Shown piece after piece: positions 1 to 9,903 of a stretch of DNA of 64,000 nucleotides; position 1 is the first letter of the stretch; the number at the start of each line of letters is the position of its first letter. Origin of the DNA: a virus (lineage: Duplodnaviria > Caudoviricetes); IMG/VR virus record IMGVR_UViG_3300042378_000447, positions 511 through 64,510 of that record. The stretch is one strand, 5' to 3'. The translations under genes and the position numbers were made by a program. Below the pieces are notes generated by a model. The model ran no database searches and was not told the origin of the DNA. It worked only from the letters and a program-made list of their open reading frames with translations.

Positions 1-30
1 AACTTAATATGTAAAGACAGTCAAGTATTC

Positions 31-1104
31 TTGTCTAAAAAAATTCAAATCAACAATCCTATGCAAGTACAAGCACAAGTAACTGTATGGCTGGAATTAT
101 TAAATAAATTTGTCAAGTTGCTACCAGATGAAGAAGTATCAATTACTTTTAATGAAAAACTAATAATTGAGTATGGATACAAAGGTAAATTTAGTTTTGG
201 CCTTTTAGAAGACAAGGAACTAATAACAGAGTCAAAATATACTCAACAAGTAATAGTTAATAGTCCTGATTTTATTACTGTTTTAAAACAAGCTAGTAAA
301 TTCGTCAGCAAAGATACAAGTAAAATTTCTTTGACGGGTATTCACGTTCGTGCCGACAAATTAAATTCAGTAGTAGTCGGATGTAACGGTCATTTTATTG
401 GCAAATTCTCAACAGTGATGTTAGGAGACAAAACCGAGTTTATCGTGTCTCCTGATATTGTTAAATATTTACCTGAATCAGGGCTTTTAGCTTTACACAT
501 TGATCAGGAAAACAATCTGATTAAATTTTGTTTATCTGACGGTACTACAGTGGTTCAAAACTTAATCAATAATATTAACAATCTCAGTTCTTTTCACTGG
601 AAAATATCAAATAACATTATGTTAGTGGACAAACAGCCACTATTAAAAGAACTAGAAATACTAAGCAAATTTAAAGAATTTTGCTTCTTGACTACTAAGA
701 ATGGTCAAATATTAATTGAAGCTGAAAATACTGAAAGTTTTGTAACTGGATGCAATATCGGAAACACTGAAGATATTAGCACTACAGTTAATATTAAATA
801 TTTAGTAAATGCACTCAAAAGTATACCGACACCCAAAAAGACAAAAAAAGCCAAGACTAATTATGATATAAGTATTTCTTGGGAGCATTTAACTAGTGGG
901 TTAATCACAATCAGTTCTAATACCAAAGATAAAATAATCCTAGGAATTGGTCCAATCATGCCCATAGATAACAACAAAGTTGTCACCATAAACAAGTTTG
1001 GGTTTCACACGCCATGTACTTTACCTTATGAATATAAAAATAACTGCTTAACAGTTACCGAGAATGATAATAGTTACTTACGTGCTGAATATTTAAGAAA
1101 TTAA
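31..1104 (+). CDS. DNA polymerase III beta-clamp-like protein (diverged)
   Basis: DFITVLKQASKFVSKD..SLTGIHV..VVGCNGHF and VNIKYLVNALKSI resemble DnaN domain motifs; start uncertain (ATG at 61 possible). Confidence 0.6.
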   Translation: MSKKIQINNPMQVQAQVTVWLELLNKFVKLLPDEEVSITFNEKLIIEYGYKGKFSFGLLEDKELITESKYTQQVIVNSPDFITVLKQASKFVSKDTSKISLTGIHVRADKLNSVVVGCNGHFIGKFSTVMLGDKTEFIVSPDIVKYLPESGLLALHIDQENNLIKFCLSDGTTVVQNLINNINNLSSFHWKISNNIMLVDKQPLLKELEILSKFKEFCFLTTKNGQILIEAENTESFVTGCNIGNTEDISTTVNIKYLVNALKSIPTPKKTKKAKTNYDISISWEHLTSGLITISSNTKDKIILGIGPIMPIDNNKVVTINKFGFHTPCTLPYEYKNNCLTVTENDNSYLRAEYLRN

Positions 1105-1278
1105 AAATGGTAGTTGATGTTGAGTTGATGTCAACAGGTACTACAGCGATCGCTCAAGTACTTAACCGTAAAATAGCTACACAAAGATATTTGTAAAAGT
1201 TCAGTACACAAATACTTGACAACAAATAGTAGAATAGACTATAGTAATTACATACACAGGAAACAAGGGAGACAGACA
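1101..1278 (+). repeat. ~170-bp direct repeat copy 1 (copy 2 ~1818-2006; partial copy ~3888-4006) containing promoter and RBS
   Basis: shared TCAACAGGTACTACAGCGATCGCTCAAGTAC..AACCGTAAAATAGCTACACAAAGATATTT..AAAAGTTCAGTACACAAA..TTGACA..AATAGACTATAGTAATTACATA..AAACAAGGGAGACA. Confidence 0.9.
1217..1246 (+). promoter_or_regulatory. sigma70-type early promoter (family also at ~1942, ~2508, ~3944, ~14987)
   Basis: TTGACA-18nt-TATAGT followed by GGAGAC RBS and ATG; near-identical cassettes upstream of several small genes. Confidence 0.75.
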
Positions 1279-1737
1279 ATGACTACAACATTAAACCAGT
1301 ATACTCAACAAGATTACAGTGCAATTAACCGGGTTTTAAGATACGGGAAAAATCATGAGTCAGTAGAACAAATAATTGAAGATTTACAAAATGTTAAATG
1401 CTTTAAAGGAACAGTCTATCGTGGCTTAACCCTTCACAAGTCAGAAATATCAACAACCTTTAAAGTGGGTAGAGTTTATAGAGATATGGGCTTTATGTCC
1501 ACATCCAAAAGCCAAGTCATAGCTCAGAAATTCAACTGCTTGGGTGTACCATTCTCCAGAACAGACAACAGATCGATTACCCTTGTGATTGAGTCTAAAA
1601 CCGGGAGAGATATTTCTAAGTTCTCTGAATACCCTGAAGAACGAGAGGTATTGTTCTTACCTTTGACTGGCTTTGAAGTTCTTTCTATTGAGAAAGACGG
1701 CTGGGAAGAATATACAATAGTTTTGAAAGAAATTTAA
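1279..1737 (+). CDS. ADP-ribosyltransferase (VIP2/C3/T4 Alt-Mod-like R-S-E family)
   Basis: YTQQDYSAINRVLR, VYRG, GFMSTS, EEREVLF motifs; start moved to ATG 1279 after GGAGAC RBS. Confidence 0.85.
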   Translation: MTTTLNQYTQQDYSAINRVLRYGKNHESVEQIIEDLQNVKCFKGTVYRGLTLHKSEISTTFKVGRVYRDMGFMSTSKSQVIAQKFNCLGVPFSRTDNRSITLVIESKTGRDISKFSEYPEEREVLFLPLTGFEVLSIEKDGWEEYTIVLKEI

Positions 1738-2006
1738 TTAATATATAAACTACTTTAAATAACTTGTAACCGCTTAGATGAAAGTCTAAGCGGTTCTTTT
1801 ATGTTCAAATACGTAAATTAAAAATGGTACTTGAATCTGATATTTTAATCTGATATCAACAGGTACTACAGCGATCGCTCAAGTACCCAACCGTAAAATA
1901 GCTACACAAAGATATTTTTAAAAGTTCAGTACACAAACTACTTGACAATAAATAGTAGAATAGACTATAGTAATTACATAAGCAAAAAACAAGGGAGACA
2001 AAACAA

Positions 2007-2444
2007 ATGAACACTTACGCAATTACAAAAACCACCAAGAAATCAGTAACAGTAGTATTTACATTAGTAAATAGAAAAACCAAATCAACATCAGAACTAA
2101 AAAAAATTATTAAAACTTATAGCGATATTACAGATGGTCTGGGTTGGTTAGAAGAATCAGAGTTTGTAGCGTTCATTGATGCTGTAAAATTCCTGCTAAC
2201 ACCGGAAGAGTTAGCTAAAATCACCAAAGTTTACACCCCTAACGCTATTCAAAAACTGGAAACAGCTAAACAAGTGAAAACTAGAAAAGATTGGTATAAT
2301 AACCCTGCCAATATGGCTAAAATGAACCGCGAGATTAAAAAGATGCAGAATGATCCAGGGTTCATGACTGGTAACGATATCACCAAAGAATTAATTGATT
2401 CCACAATTAATAAAGACGTTCAAAGATTATACGGACTTGCTTAA
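2007..2444 (+). CDS. hypothetical early phage protein
   Basis: ORF with promoter/RBS cassette. Confidence 0.7.
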   Translation: MNTYAITKTTKKSVTVVFTLVNRKTKSTSELKKIIKTYSDITDGLGWLEESEFVAFIDAVKFLLTPEELAKITKVYTPNAIQKLETAKQVKTRKDWYNNPANMAKMNREIKKMQNDPGFMTGNDITKELIDSTINKDVQRLYGLA

Positions 2445-2568
2445 ATTAAACCTACAACCCTTGATTAACAAGGGTTTTTTAATATTTAAAATTATTTTAA
2501 AAATCTATTGACAATAAATAAAAGATAGACTATAATAACTACATACACAGAAAACAAAGGAGACACAA

Positions 2569-2823
2569 ATGTTCATTGAATTTGAAACCAACCAATCTGA
2601 ATTTATTACCATTGACGTTACAGAAGTCAAAACCTGGTCTCAAGATTCCTTGGTCAGATATGCGTCTGAACAATTAGGAGTAGATTATGTTGACTGGAAG
2701 GTCATCAGGAAACTGAAAGATAGGAAGATTACTAATATAGACTGGCGACCCTTGAAAGTTGCTTATCGTCAAGAATGGCTCACCTTGAGAAGACCACCGC
2801 GCAAGTTTCTCATGTCTATTTAA
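2569..2823 (+). CDS. hypothetical early phage protein
   Basis: ORF with promoter/RBS cassette. Confidence 0.65.
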   Translation: MFIEFETNQSEFITIDVTEVKTWSQDSLVRYASEQLGVDYVDWKVIRKLKDRKITNIDWRPLKVAYRQEWLTLRRPPRKFLMSI

Positions 2824-2828
2824 TTTTA

Positions 2829-2868
2829 AACCCCCCGGATTAGCACTAATCCAGGGGGTTTCGTTTTT
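2829..2868. terminator. bidirectional terminator hairpin (related copies ~3840-3878, ~4216-4255)
   Basis: AACCCC(C/T)GGA..TCCAGGGG(G)TTT inverted repeat with T tract; the ~2829 and ~4216 copies lie between convergent genes. Confidence 0.7.
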
Positions 2869-2874
2869 GACTAA

Positions 2875-3696
2875 TTAAATCACATCAACTACTGATGGAT
2901 ACCACTGTAGCGACTGGACGGTTTTGTTATGTCCCTTTGCAGTATCTAAAACTATTTGAGAATATTGTTTTCCTTCCTCTGTGGCTACCCACAGAGGATT
3001 ATTGTTAGCGGTGTTTTTGACCTGTAAGCCCTTTTCCTCTAGTAATGAGTTCATCTTTTGCGCTGACAATTTTACCCCGGTTCTAGCTTCATATAATTCC
3101 GCTAGTTTGCCTGGTCGGATCAGCTTATCCTCAACAGGAATACTTAGCAGTGACTTTGATTCTTCCATCGCCGAAGCGAGCGCCGGGTAAATTTTAGCAA
3201 CTTGGTTAGCCTTGACTGCGGCTTTTAAGTTGGGGTGAACGTCAGTACCATCAAGTATTAAATCTATAAGTATACTTGCATCTTGACACAATCCCACAAG
3301 CCCCCTATCCTTAAATTCTTGTTTTTCCCAACCCACCTGTTTTTGCATCCATACCCGGACACCAATGGACGTAAAAACAGTATCCACAAGTTCAGCTTGT
3401 TTCTTGCAATACCTACCAGCTTTATATGCGTAGTATTTCGCTATGACTGCGATCGCTACATCTGGTATTCCTGCTTCTGACCACGAGATTTGTTCACCAC
3501 TATCAAACCCATACTCTGTAAGCATTTCAGCCAATTTAGAGGGATTTTGTTCACCACTCTTGAAGCTACTCAAAAGTGAAACATGATCAACATCCATCAG
3601 TCTAGCGACCGCACGAATAGAGGCTTTACCTTTACCTTCGGGGTCAACGGTAATTTCGTTCTTGATTTGTTCAATGATTAATGCTAAATTAGTCAC
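2875..3696 (-). CDS. phage antirepressor-like protein with C-terminal KilAC/ANT-like domain
   Basis: LSAQKMNSLLEEKGLQ..WVATEEGKQY..QSLQW C-terminus. Confidence 0.65.
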   Translation of the reverse strand: MTNLALIIEQIKNEITVDPEGKGKASIRAVARLMDVDHVSLLSSFKSGEQNPSKLAEMLTEYGFDSGEQISWSEAGIPDVAIAVIAKYYAYKAGRYCKKQAELVDTVFTSIGVRVWMQKQVGWEKQEFKDRGLVGLCQDASILIDLILDGTDVHPNLKAAVKANQVAKIYPALASAMEESKSLLSIPVEDKLIRPGKLAELYEARTGVKLSAQKMNSLLEEKGLQVKNTANNNPLWVATEEGKQYSQIVLDTAKGHNKTVQSLQWYPSVVDVI

Positions 3697-4006
3697 GACA
3701 GATTAACCCGCCTTTTTCGGGTGAAATGTTAACCAGTGATACAACCGTTCTGGGTGCTACTACACTCTTTACGGTGCTGGTTTGAATTATTATAGCACGT
3801 AATCGCAAATATAACAATCTTTATTGACGTATTGACTAAAAACCCCTGGACTAGCGACAATCCAGGGGTTTTGTTTTTGAATAAATCCCCAACCGTAAAA
3901 TAGTTACACAAAGATATTTTTAAAAGTTCAGTACATAAACCTGTTGACAATAAATAATGAAATAGACTATAGTAGTTATATAAACAAAAACAAGAGAGAC
4001 AAGACA

Positions 4007-4198
4007 ATGGCTACTACAACATTTTCAGTATTAATCAAACAGATGAGTAAGTTTTCCAGCTTAGAGTCCGCCAGGACTTTTTGTGACAACGCAGTTAAAA
4101 TCAATATGATATTGATGGGGGATGATGGAAAATACTGGGTAGGATTACCTAAATACACAAATCAGCTTCACGCCCAAGGATATGAGTATATTAAATGA
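4007..4198 (+). CDS. small hypothetical early protein
   Basis: ATG after promoter/RBS cassette; start revised from 3944. Confidence 0.6.
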   Translation: MATTTFSVLIKQMSKFSSLESARTFCDNAVKINMILMGDDGKYWVGLPKYTNQLHAQGYEYIK

Positions 4199-4266
4199 AA
4201 CAACCTACGTACTACAAAACCCCTGGACTGTCGCTAATCCAGGGGTTTTGTTTTTGACTAATTAAA

Positions 4267-4959
4267 TCAATTCTTTACTGACTGAATAACAAGTGTAGTT
4301 GTTTCGGGTAGAGCAATACCAGGGTAAGCGACACGCCAAGCATCATGAGAATATAAATTTTTCTCAACAAATCTTGGGCATGGCACTTTTTTAATTTCCA
4401 ATCCCATTTTTACGGATACTGCTTTGAGTCTGTACCACTTAAACCGAGTTTCTGAAATACCGTTAAATTTGGCTATGCGGACAATAGAGGAATAGCTGAA
4501 CAATTCATCAACCGCTTCAGATAGGCACTCATTTTGTTGTTCTAAAAGGATGTTTTGTGCTTCTAGTCGTTCGTTCTCTTCTGCCAACTTTGCGGCTTCT
4601 AGCAACGCTTGAGAATAGGTTTTTGGTATTTGGTGTGCGATCGCTGTACTACCTGTTGACATCAGATCAAAAATATGTCCATCACACCACACAGCAAATT
4701 CTGGACTAATCCATCGGGCTAAGTTGATAGCTAAACTAGGATGTCCCCAAGTACCGCCGTTTACCCCCTCTTCTGAATAAACTACCTCAGATGTGAGTGA
4801 GTTAGCTAAAATCCTTATGTAGTCTTGAGTTTGCTTTAGTCGCGTCCAGTTGTCAAGTCGTTTCCCGTTGGCTTGACACATCTGAGTAAGGTTGATAAAC
4901 CCGTTTTGACAGCGAGAAATTGTTTGTCCGTTATAATCAAAAACTGCTAAATTATTCAT
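4267..4959 (-). CDS. KilA-N domain protein
   Basis: GFINLTQMCQANGKRLDNW..GGTWGHPSLAINLARWISPEFAVWC; IPKTYSQALLEAA. Confidence 0.85.
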   Translation of the reverse strand: MNNLAVFDYNGQTISRCQNGFINLTQMCQANGKRLDNWTRLKQTQDYIRILANSLTSEVVYSEEGVNGGTWGHPSLAINLARWISPEFAVWCDGHIFDLMSTGSTAIAHQIPKTYSQALLEAAKLAEENERLEAQNILLEQQNECLSEAVDELFSYSSIVRIAKFNGISETRFKWYRLKAVSVKMGLEIKKVPCPRFVEKNLYSHDAWRVAYPGIALPETTTLVIQSVKN

Positions 4960-5069
4960 GTGACCTCGGTGTTAGGTTACTTCCCCTGCGGACTTGGTGT
5001 TAGTTGCACCATCCGGCGAGGGGATTACATAGTAATTATAGCACAGTTTTTAATACATTGCCAAAAAAC

Positions 5070-6113
5070 TTACAATAACCACTGACTAATTACTGCTTGT
5101 GCTACCTTTTCCATCATGCGCGGTGGTACACTCATACCTATCATATATTTACCTATTCTTGTACTTCTGGCTTTATAATCATCTGGAAATGAGCCTAAGC
5201 GTTTATATTCTCTATAAGTTAGTTTTCTGCATACATCCCAATGCGTATATAGTTCCGGTGTAGAACTAAGCGTACTAGCAGGGCAACTATCATCTAACCT
5301 TTTATTGTTAAAGCAAGCATTACGCTTCTCTGTCTTTAATAAAAAAGTTTCGTACGCATCACCTTTGCGTGTATGCTCCCAACACTTAATATCGTTGGGA
5401 CTAGGACGGGTTTCTTTGATTTCATCCTGTGTAAGCACTTGCAAATCACTAGTGGCTTCTCCCGTGCTAATCCATCGGTGCTTAAGTGCTAATATCAGCT
5501 TAGGTTTGTAGATATCGTTGCGTAGTGCAATAAAAAATACCCGTTCTCGTCTCTGCGGTACACCACAGTCAGCAGCGTTAACTAAGAATAGTTGCGGACT
5601 ATAACCAATAGCTTTGAATCTGTCAATAATAAGTTTGCAATAACCTTTAGCATTACCTAATATTAACCCCTTGACATTTTCAGCGATCGCCACCTTGGGT
5701 TTTAGCTTTTCAACTAAGTTTAAATAATCAAAGAAGAGGTCATCTAACACTTGTACAGCTTGACCTTCCCGAAAGTGTTTTTTCTTCCCCCAGTCCTTTT
5801 CTCTGTTCCCTGATACTGAAAAATTAGAACAAGGAGGGCTGCCATCTAATATATCTAAATGGTAGAGTTCACTGGGCAACTGTTTCTTGATTAAGTCCTT
5901 AACTGGACACAAGAAATAATGTTGAAGATTAAGATTTAGCTGATAATGATAAGCCATTTCCGGATCAATATCATTAGCAGCAATGACATCACATCCTGCC
6001 AGTTTATAACCCATAGAACTACCACCACCGCAACTAAAAGTTGACATTACCTTTAGTCCATTTTGGGGTACAAACTTCAAATCTTTTAAGTACCAGGCGT
6101 GGGGATTATTCAT
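5070..6113 (-). CDS. C5-cytosine DNA methyltransferase (orphan)
   Basis: FSCGGG, GSPPC, ENV, QRRERVF motifs. Confidence 0.9.
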   Translation of the reverse strand: MNNPHAWYLKDLKFVPQNGLKVMSTFSCGGGSSMGYKLAGCDVIAANDIDPEMAYHYQLNLNLQHYFLCPVKDLIKKQLPSELYHLDILDGSPPCSNFSVSGNREKDWGKKKHFREGQAVQVLDDLFFDYLNLVEKLKPKVAIAENVKGLILGNAKGYCKLIIDRFKAIGYSPQLFLVNAADCGVPQRRERVFFIALRNDIYKPKLILALKHRWISTGEATSDLQVLTQDEIKETRPSPNDIKCWEHTRKGDAYETFLLKTEKRNACFNNKRLDDSCPASTLSSTPELYTHWDVCRKLTYREYKRLGSFPDDYKARSTRIGKYMIGMSVPPRMMEKVAQAVISQWLL

Positions 6114-6649
6114 TTTTTATCATTGTACTGAAAACCACATTTAGGACACTTGTGGTCAAATTCAAACTCATCTACATTGACTTCCTTGGTTGACGATTTT
6201 GGGCTGTAAGGTTCATTGGTTTCCTCTTCCTGTTCATCATCCAGAAAACTTAATTCCAATTCCCCAAAGCCCGTTAAACCCAGATCAAATTCACTATCCT
6301 GTAGAAACTCAAAATCCAGTTTCAACATTTCCGGATCAAATCCAGTATTCATGGTCAGCTTGTTATGTGCTAACCGATATGCCACTTTTTGAGCATCTGA
6401 CAGCCCAGTAACTTGAATTACGGGAATTGTATTGTCACCTCGTTTCTTGGCTGCTAAAAGCCGACCGTGACCTTCTAATATTTCACCATTCTCATCTACT
6501 GCCACCGGGTCGAGAAATGTAAATTCCTCAATAGAGTTGGCTATCTGTTCAATGTGAGAATCAGGGTGCAACTTAGCATTGTTCTCATAAGGACTTAGAC
6601 GCTCAATGTCCCATTCTTCAATTTGTCCACGCTTAATTTTGTTCATCAA
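6110..6649 (-). CDS. ParB/Srx N-terminal domain protein with C-terminal CPKCG
   Basis: LSPYENNAKLH..IANSIEEF..ILEGHGRLLAA..YRLAHN. Confidence 0.85.
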   Translation of the reverse strand: MMNKIKRGQIEEWDIERLSPYENNAKLHPDSHIEQIANSIEEFTFLDPVAVDENGEILEGHGRLLAAKKRGDNTIPVIQVTGLSDAQKVAYRLAHNKLTMNTGFDPEMLKLDFEFLQDSEFDLGLTGFGELELSFLDDEQEEETNEPYSPKSSTKEVNVDEFEFDHKCPKCGFQYNDKK

Positions 6650-6937
6650 AGTACCACTTATACGCTTTTTTCATTACACGCCGTATCATATCACGTTTAT
6701 GTTCACTGAGTCCACTAAACTCAATTAATCCATTCACTTTTTCCTGGGGGATATCCCTCAGCAATCTCCCCAAAGCAACTCCCACAAATGCAGTACCTAA
6801 AATCTCAATTCCTGTAAAATCCAATTGCACCGACTCATTACGTAGTAAGTGGTAATGAATTGCCTTATATACAGTTTCTCCATGCTCAATAGCGATCGCG
6901 TTATATCCAGTAAAATCAAAAACTTTAAATGACTTCA
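6633..6937 (-). CDS. STAS-like (DUF4325-type) protein
   Basis: GETVYKAI..VQLDFTGIEILGTAFVGVALGRL; start likely MKSF. Confidence 0.6.
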
Positions 6938-7485
6938 TCTTCACCTCCATTGCTTGGATCAATAATTTGGTAGCCTTCCCTAGATAGCTTATCAGCAGCC
7001 GCGTTGACATCAACAAAGTATTTTATTCCTCTAGTCTCATTAATGGCACTTGTTGACCGCTGTAAGGCTTGCGACCATTGATTTGTTTCGGGTGCGCTAT
7101 GTAGAGAAATTGCTTTCTTTCTTTCTTCTCCCGTCAGTTCTAAATCTTCTGCCAATTGCCGTGCCTTAACCTCAATTATTTTAGCCACATAATCCCTAGC
7201 GAGTTTGTGTACTTTGTAATTTTCAATGACAATTTGAGAGAGTTCATCTGATATTTTCTCAGATGCTTTCTGTATAGTTTTAACTTGAATAGTTGTCTTT
7301 AGGGTGTCTTGGTACTGTCGCCTTTGGTCTACCCATAATTCTCGTCTTACCCATACCTCAACAGTTCCCTTACCCAAGCCAGCCTCGACAGCCAGTTTTC
7401 TAATACCTATATCCTCTTCACTTTCAACGTAGCGACGGCGACACTGTTCTTTAGTCCAAGGTTTTGGTAGTTTTTCCCATTTCAT
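6925..7485 (-). CDS. HTH protein, possible terminase small subunit
   Basis: RRYVE..IRKLAVEAGLGKGTVEVWVRRELW N-terminal HTH then helical region; context with ParB-like gene and methylase. Confidence 0.5.
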   Translation of the reverse strand: MKWEKLPKPWTKEQCRRRYVESEEDIGIRKLAVEAGLGKGTVEVWVRRELWVDQRRQYQDTLKTTIQVKTIQKASEKISDELSQIVIENYKVHKLARDYVAKIIEVKARQLAEDLELTGEERKKAISLHSAPETNQWSQALQRSTSAINETRGIKYFVDVNAAADKLSREGYQIIDPSNGGEDEVI

Positions 7486-7601
7486 AGTATTAAAACCTCA
7501 ACATTTTTATTTTTAATAATTACATATAATTAATTGTTATGCACAATATCAGTAGAAATATCTTATAATTTTTATTGAATATATAGCCCGATTAAACTTG
7601 A

Positions 7602-7931
7602 TTAAGGACGAAACACCTGAATCAAACTCAGTTCCAGTTTAAATACTTTATCGCTAGATGGTGTCCACTTAAACGTCTCGCAACGGTACAAAGTGGAATT
7701 AAAGTAAAAAGGCTTACCTAAATTATTAGTTAAAAAAGTATCAATCTCTGAATAAGTAAATAAACTATCAATGGTCAAGGTCAAAGTCTGCGTACCGACC
7801 ACCTGGTTAAGCTGGTTTCTATTCCCTTTCTCATCCACACCACCCTGGTAGTTTTGAGATAAGAAACTTGCTTCAAAACTTATGGCATTATCCCAACTGA
7901 TTTTAAGAGAACTAGGCGCATTTGGGAACAT
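7602..7931 (-). CDS. lambda gpM-like minor/distal tail protein
   Basis: EIDTFL..GKPFYF..YRC..W..QVF pattern. Confidence 0.55.
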   Translation of the reverse strand: MFPNAPSSLKISWDNAISFEASFLSQNYQGGVDEKGNRNQLNQVVGTQTLTLTIDSLFTYSEIDTFLTNNLGKPFYFNSTLYRCETFKWTPSSDKVFKLELSLIQVFRP

Positions 7932-8139
7932 AATGATAAAGCTGTCAGCATTACTGACAGCACCCTTAATATATCTGAGCTTGACATTATTATTGTAGCG
8001 TAAAATCTTTGTTTTAATTGCCTCAATGTCATATATTTGGTTTAAATGCTATAATATTTAAACCTAGTCGCGTGGTGATGTTGCGAGCATCAAGCCACCA
8101 CTAGGAGTAGGTCCAACATACCCACGCATCTATTTTACC

Positions 8140-9903
8140 ATGAAAACTTTTGAATTTAAACTTGACCCCACGGTTGCACAGGTACAAACGATTAATCAAT
8201 GGCTAGACAAACTCAAGTGGGTTTGGAATACAGGGCTGTCACTCAAACTAGCAGGAAGACAGAAATATTATAGAGAGAAAGAAATAGGCGATCGCATTAT
8301 TCCTGATGGTGTAGTTTTGCAGTGGAAATGGCGAAAGGTTGTTACTGAAGACAAGAAAGGTAAGTCTACTGAGAAATGGGAGAAAGTCCGCTTAGTCGGT
8401 ACAGGTGTCATCAGACCTAAAAGCGGTCATCCTTACTGTGAAATTAGACAACACTTAAATATTGAAAACCCTGATAAATATGGACAATGTGAATTTTATA
8501 GGAGTGACAATATTCCCGACTTTATGGCAGATGTTCCCACTAAATTTAAGGCAGGGGTAATTGATTCTTTAAAGAAATCATGGAAAGCTTACGTTACTCC
8601 AAAACACCCCGGTAGAAAGCCAAAATTCAAAGGGAGAAATGATAAAATCAAGTCGCTTGTTAATCTCAATGCTGGGGGTTTATCTAAAGAACTAAAACCA
8701 GAAAAAATACCCGGTTCAAATAATGGTTATGTCCAGTTCCCCAAGCTTGGTAAAATTAAAGTTAAGGGATTATTTGATAGATATGACTGGCAAGAATGGG
8801 GTCCAGCCAGAATAGTTAAAGAACCATCAGGTTACTATCTTCATGTATGCGTTGATATCCCCAATGACCCATTACCAAAATCTGATAAAGCAGTAGGAAT
8901 TGATCCGGGTTTACTATCAGTTATCACCACAGATCAGGGGAGAGAAGTTGAGCCGCCTAAGCTATTTAGGAAACAACAAACTAAGCTAAGACGGTTACAG
9001 CGTAAAGCGTCTAGGCAACAAAAGGGAGGATGTAATCAGAAGAAAACCTATCAAAAAATAGCCTTACACCATGAAAAGATCCGCCGCAGCCGCAACGCAT
9101 TTAATCATAAGCTATCTACTAAAGTTGTGCGTGAGTATTCTGGCATTGTCATGGAAGACTTAAAGATACAAAACCTGAACCGTAAGCCCAAAGCCAAGAA
9201 ACGTGAGGACGGCAATGGCTATGAACAAAACGGTGCAAAACGTAAAGCTGGGTTAAACAAAAGTTTTGCCGATTCAGCACTGGGTGATTTAATCAGTAAG
9301 ATTGAAACAAAGTGTAAAGATACTGATAGAGAGTTTGTAAAAGTTGCAGCACACTACACTACGGTTGACTGTTCAAAATGTGGTGCTAAAATAAAGAAAG
9401 CATTGAGCCAAAGAACTCACCGCTGTACAGAATGTGGTCACACTGAAGGACGTGATTCTAACGCAGCTAAGAACATCTTGCTCAAAGGCAAAAAACAATT
9501 ATCAGCAGTGTACCGCGCTTGGGCGTGGGAACATGGGGAAACCCGAAAGCCTGGCTCTGATTCCAATACGGAATGTCACCAGGAAGGTGTGAAAGCACCA
9601 CCGGAGGATGGATATTCCTCCCAATTAAACCCCGAAAGGGGAACTCAGCGCGGAAGGGGGGATGTAAAAACCTCTAAAGCCGTGAAAACAACCTCAAAGG
9701 TAGACACCGTAAGCAATCTGAACCTTGACAATTTATCCATCACCCGCGCACCTTACCCAGTAAGCATTTCAGCTAATTCAGCGAAAACTCAAAAGCCTGG
9801 AACAAAGAAAAATAAGAGATCCGCGCGATCGGGGGATGAAACCTTTACACAGCTTACGATCTGGGATACGGCAGGTGAAACCGGACTTGGGGAACTGAGT
9901 TAA
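8140..9903 (+). CDS. TnpB-derived compact type V effector (Cas12f/V-U-like), predicted active RuvC
   Basis: RuvC-I GIDPG, RuvC-II MEDL, Zn ribbon CSKC..CTEC, RuvC-III RDSNAAKN; stop codon lies inside the first CRISPR repeat. Confidence 0.85.
   Translation: MKTFEFKLDPTVAQVQTINQWLDKLKWVWNTGLSLKLAGRQKYYREKEIGDRIIPDGVVLQWKWRKVVTEDKKGKSTEKWEKVRLVGTGVIRPKSGHPYCEIRQHLNIENPDKYGQCEFYRSDNIPDFMADVPTKFKAGVIDSLKKSWKAYVTPKHPGRKPKFKGRNDKIKSLVNLNAGGLSKELKPEKIPGSNNGYVQFPKLGKIKVKGLFDRYDWQEWGPARIVKEPSGYYLHVCVDIPNDPLPKSDKAVGIDPGLLSVITTDQGREVEPPKLFRKQQTKLRRLQRKASRQQKGGCNQKKTYQKIALHHEKIRRSRNAFNHKLSTKVVREYSGIVMEDLKIQNLNRKPKAKKREDGNGYEQNGAKRKAGLNKSFADSALGDLISKIETKCKDTDREFVKVAAHYTTVDCSKCGAKIKKALSQRTHRCTECGHTEGRDSNAAKNILLKGKKQLSAVYRAWAWEHGETRKPGSDSNTECHQEGVKAPPEDGYSSQLNPERGTQRGRGDVKTSKAVKTTSKVDTVSNLNLDNLSITRAPYPVSISANSAKTQKPGTKKNKRSARSGDETFTQLTIWDTAGETGLGELS
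9508..9660 (+). ncRNA. candidate tracrRNA/omegaRNA-like scaffold inside the 3' tail of the effector CDS
   Basis: TACCGCGCTTGGGCG motif shared with locus 2; split anti-repeat CAATTAA+CCCCGAAAGGGG hairpin+AACTCAG (9622-9648) complementary to repeat CTGAGTTAATTG; ends approximate. Confidence 0.55.

Noticed and set aside
1216-1278. TTG starts at 1216 and 3944
   Set aside because: These TTGs are the -35 boxes; RBS-supported ATGs lie at 1279 and 4007.
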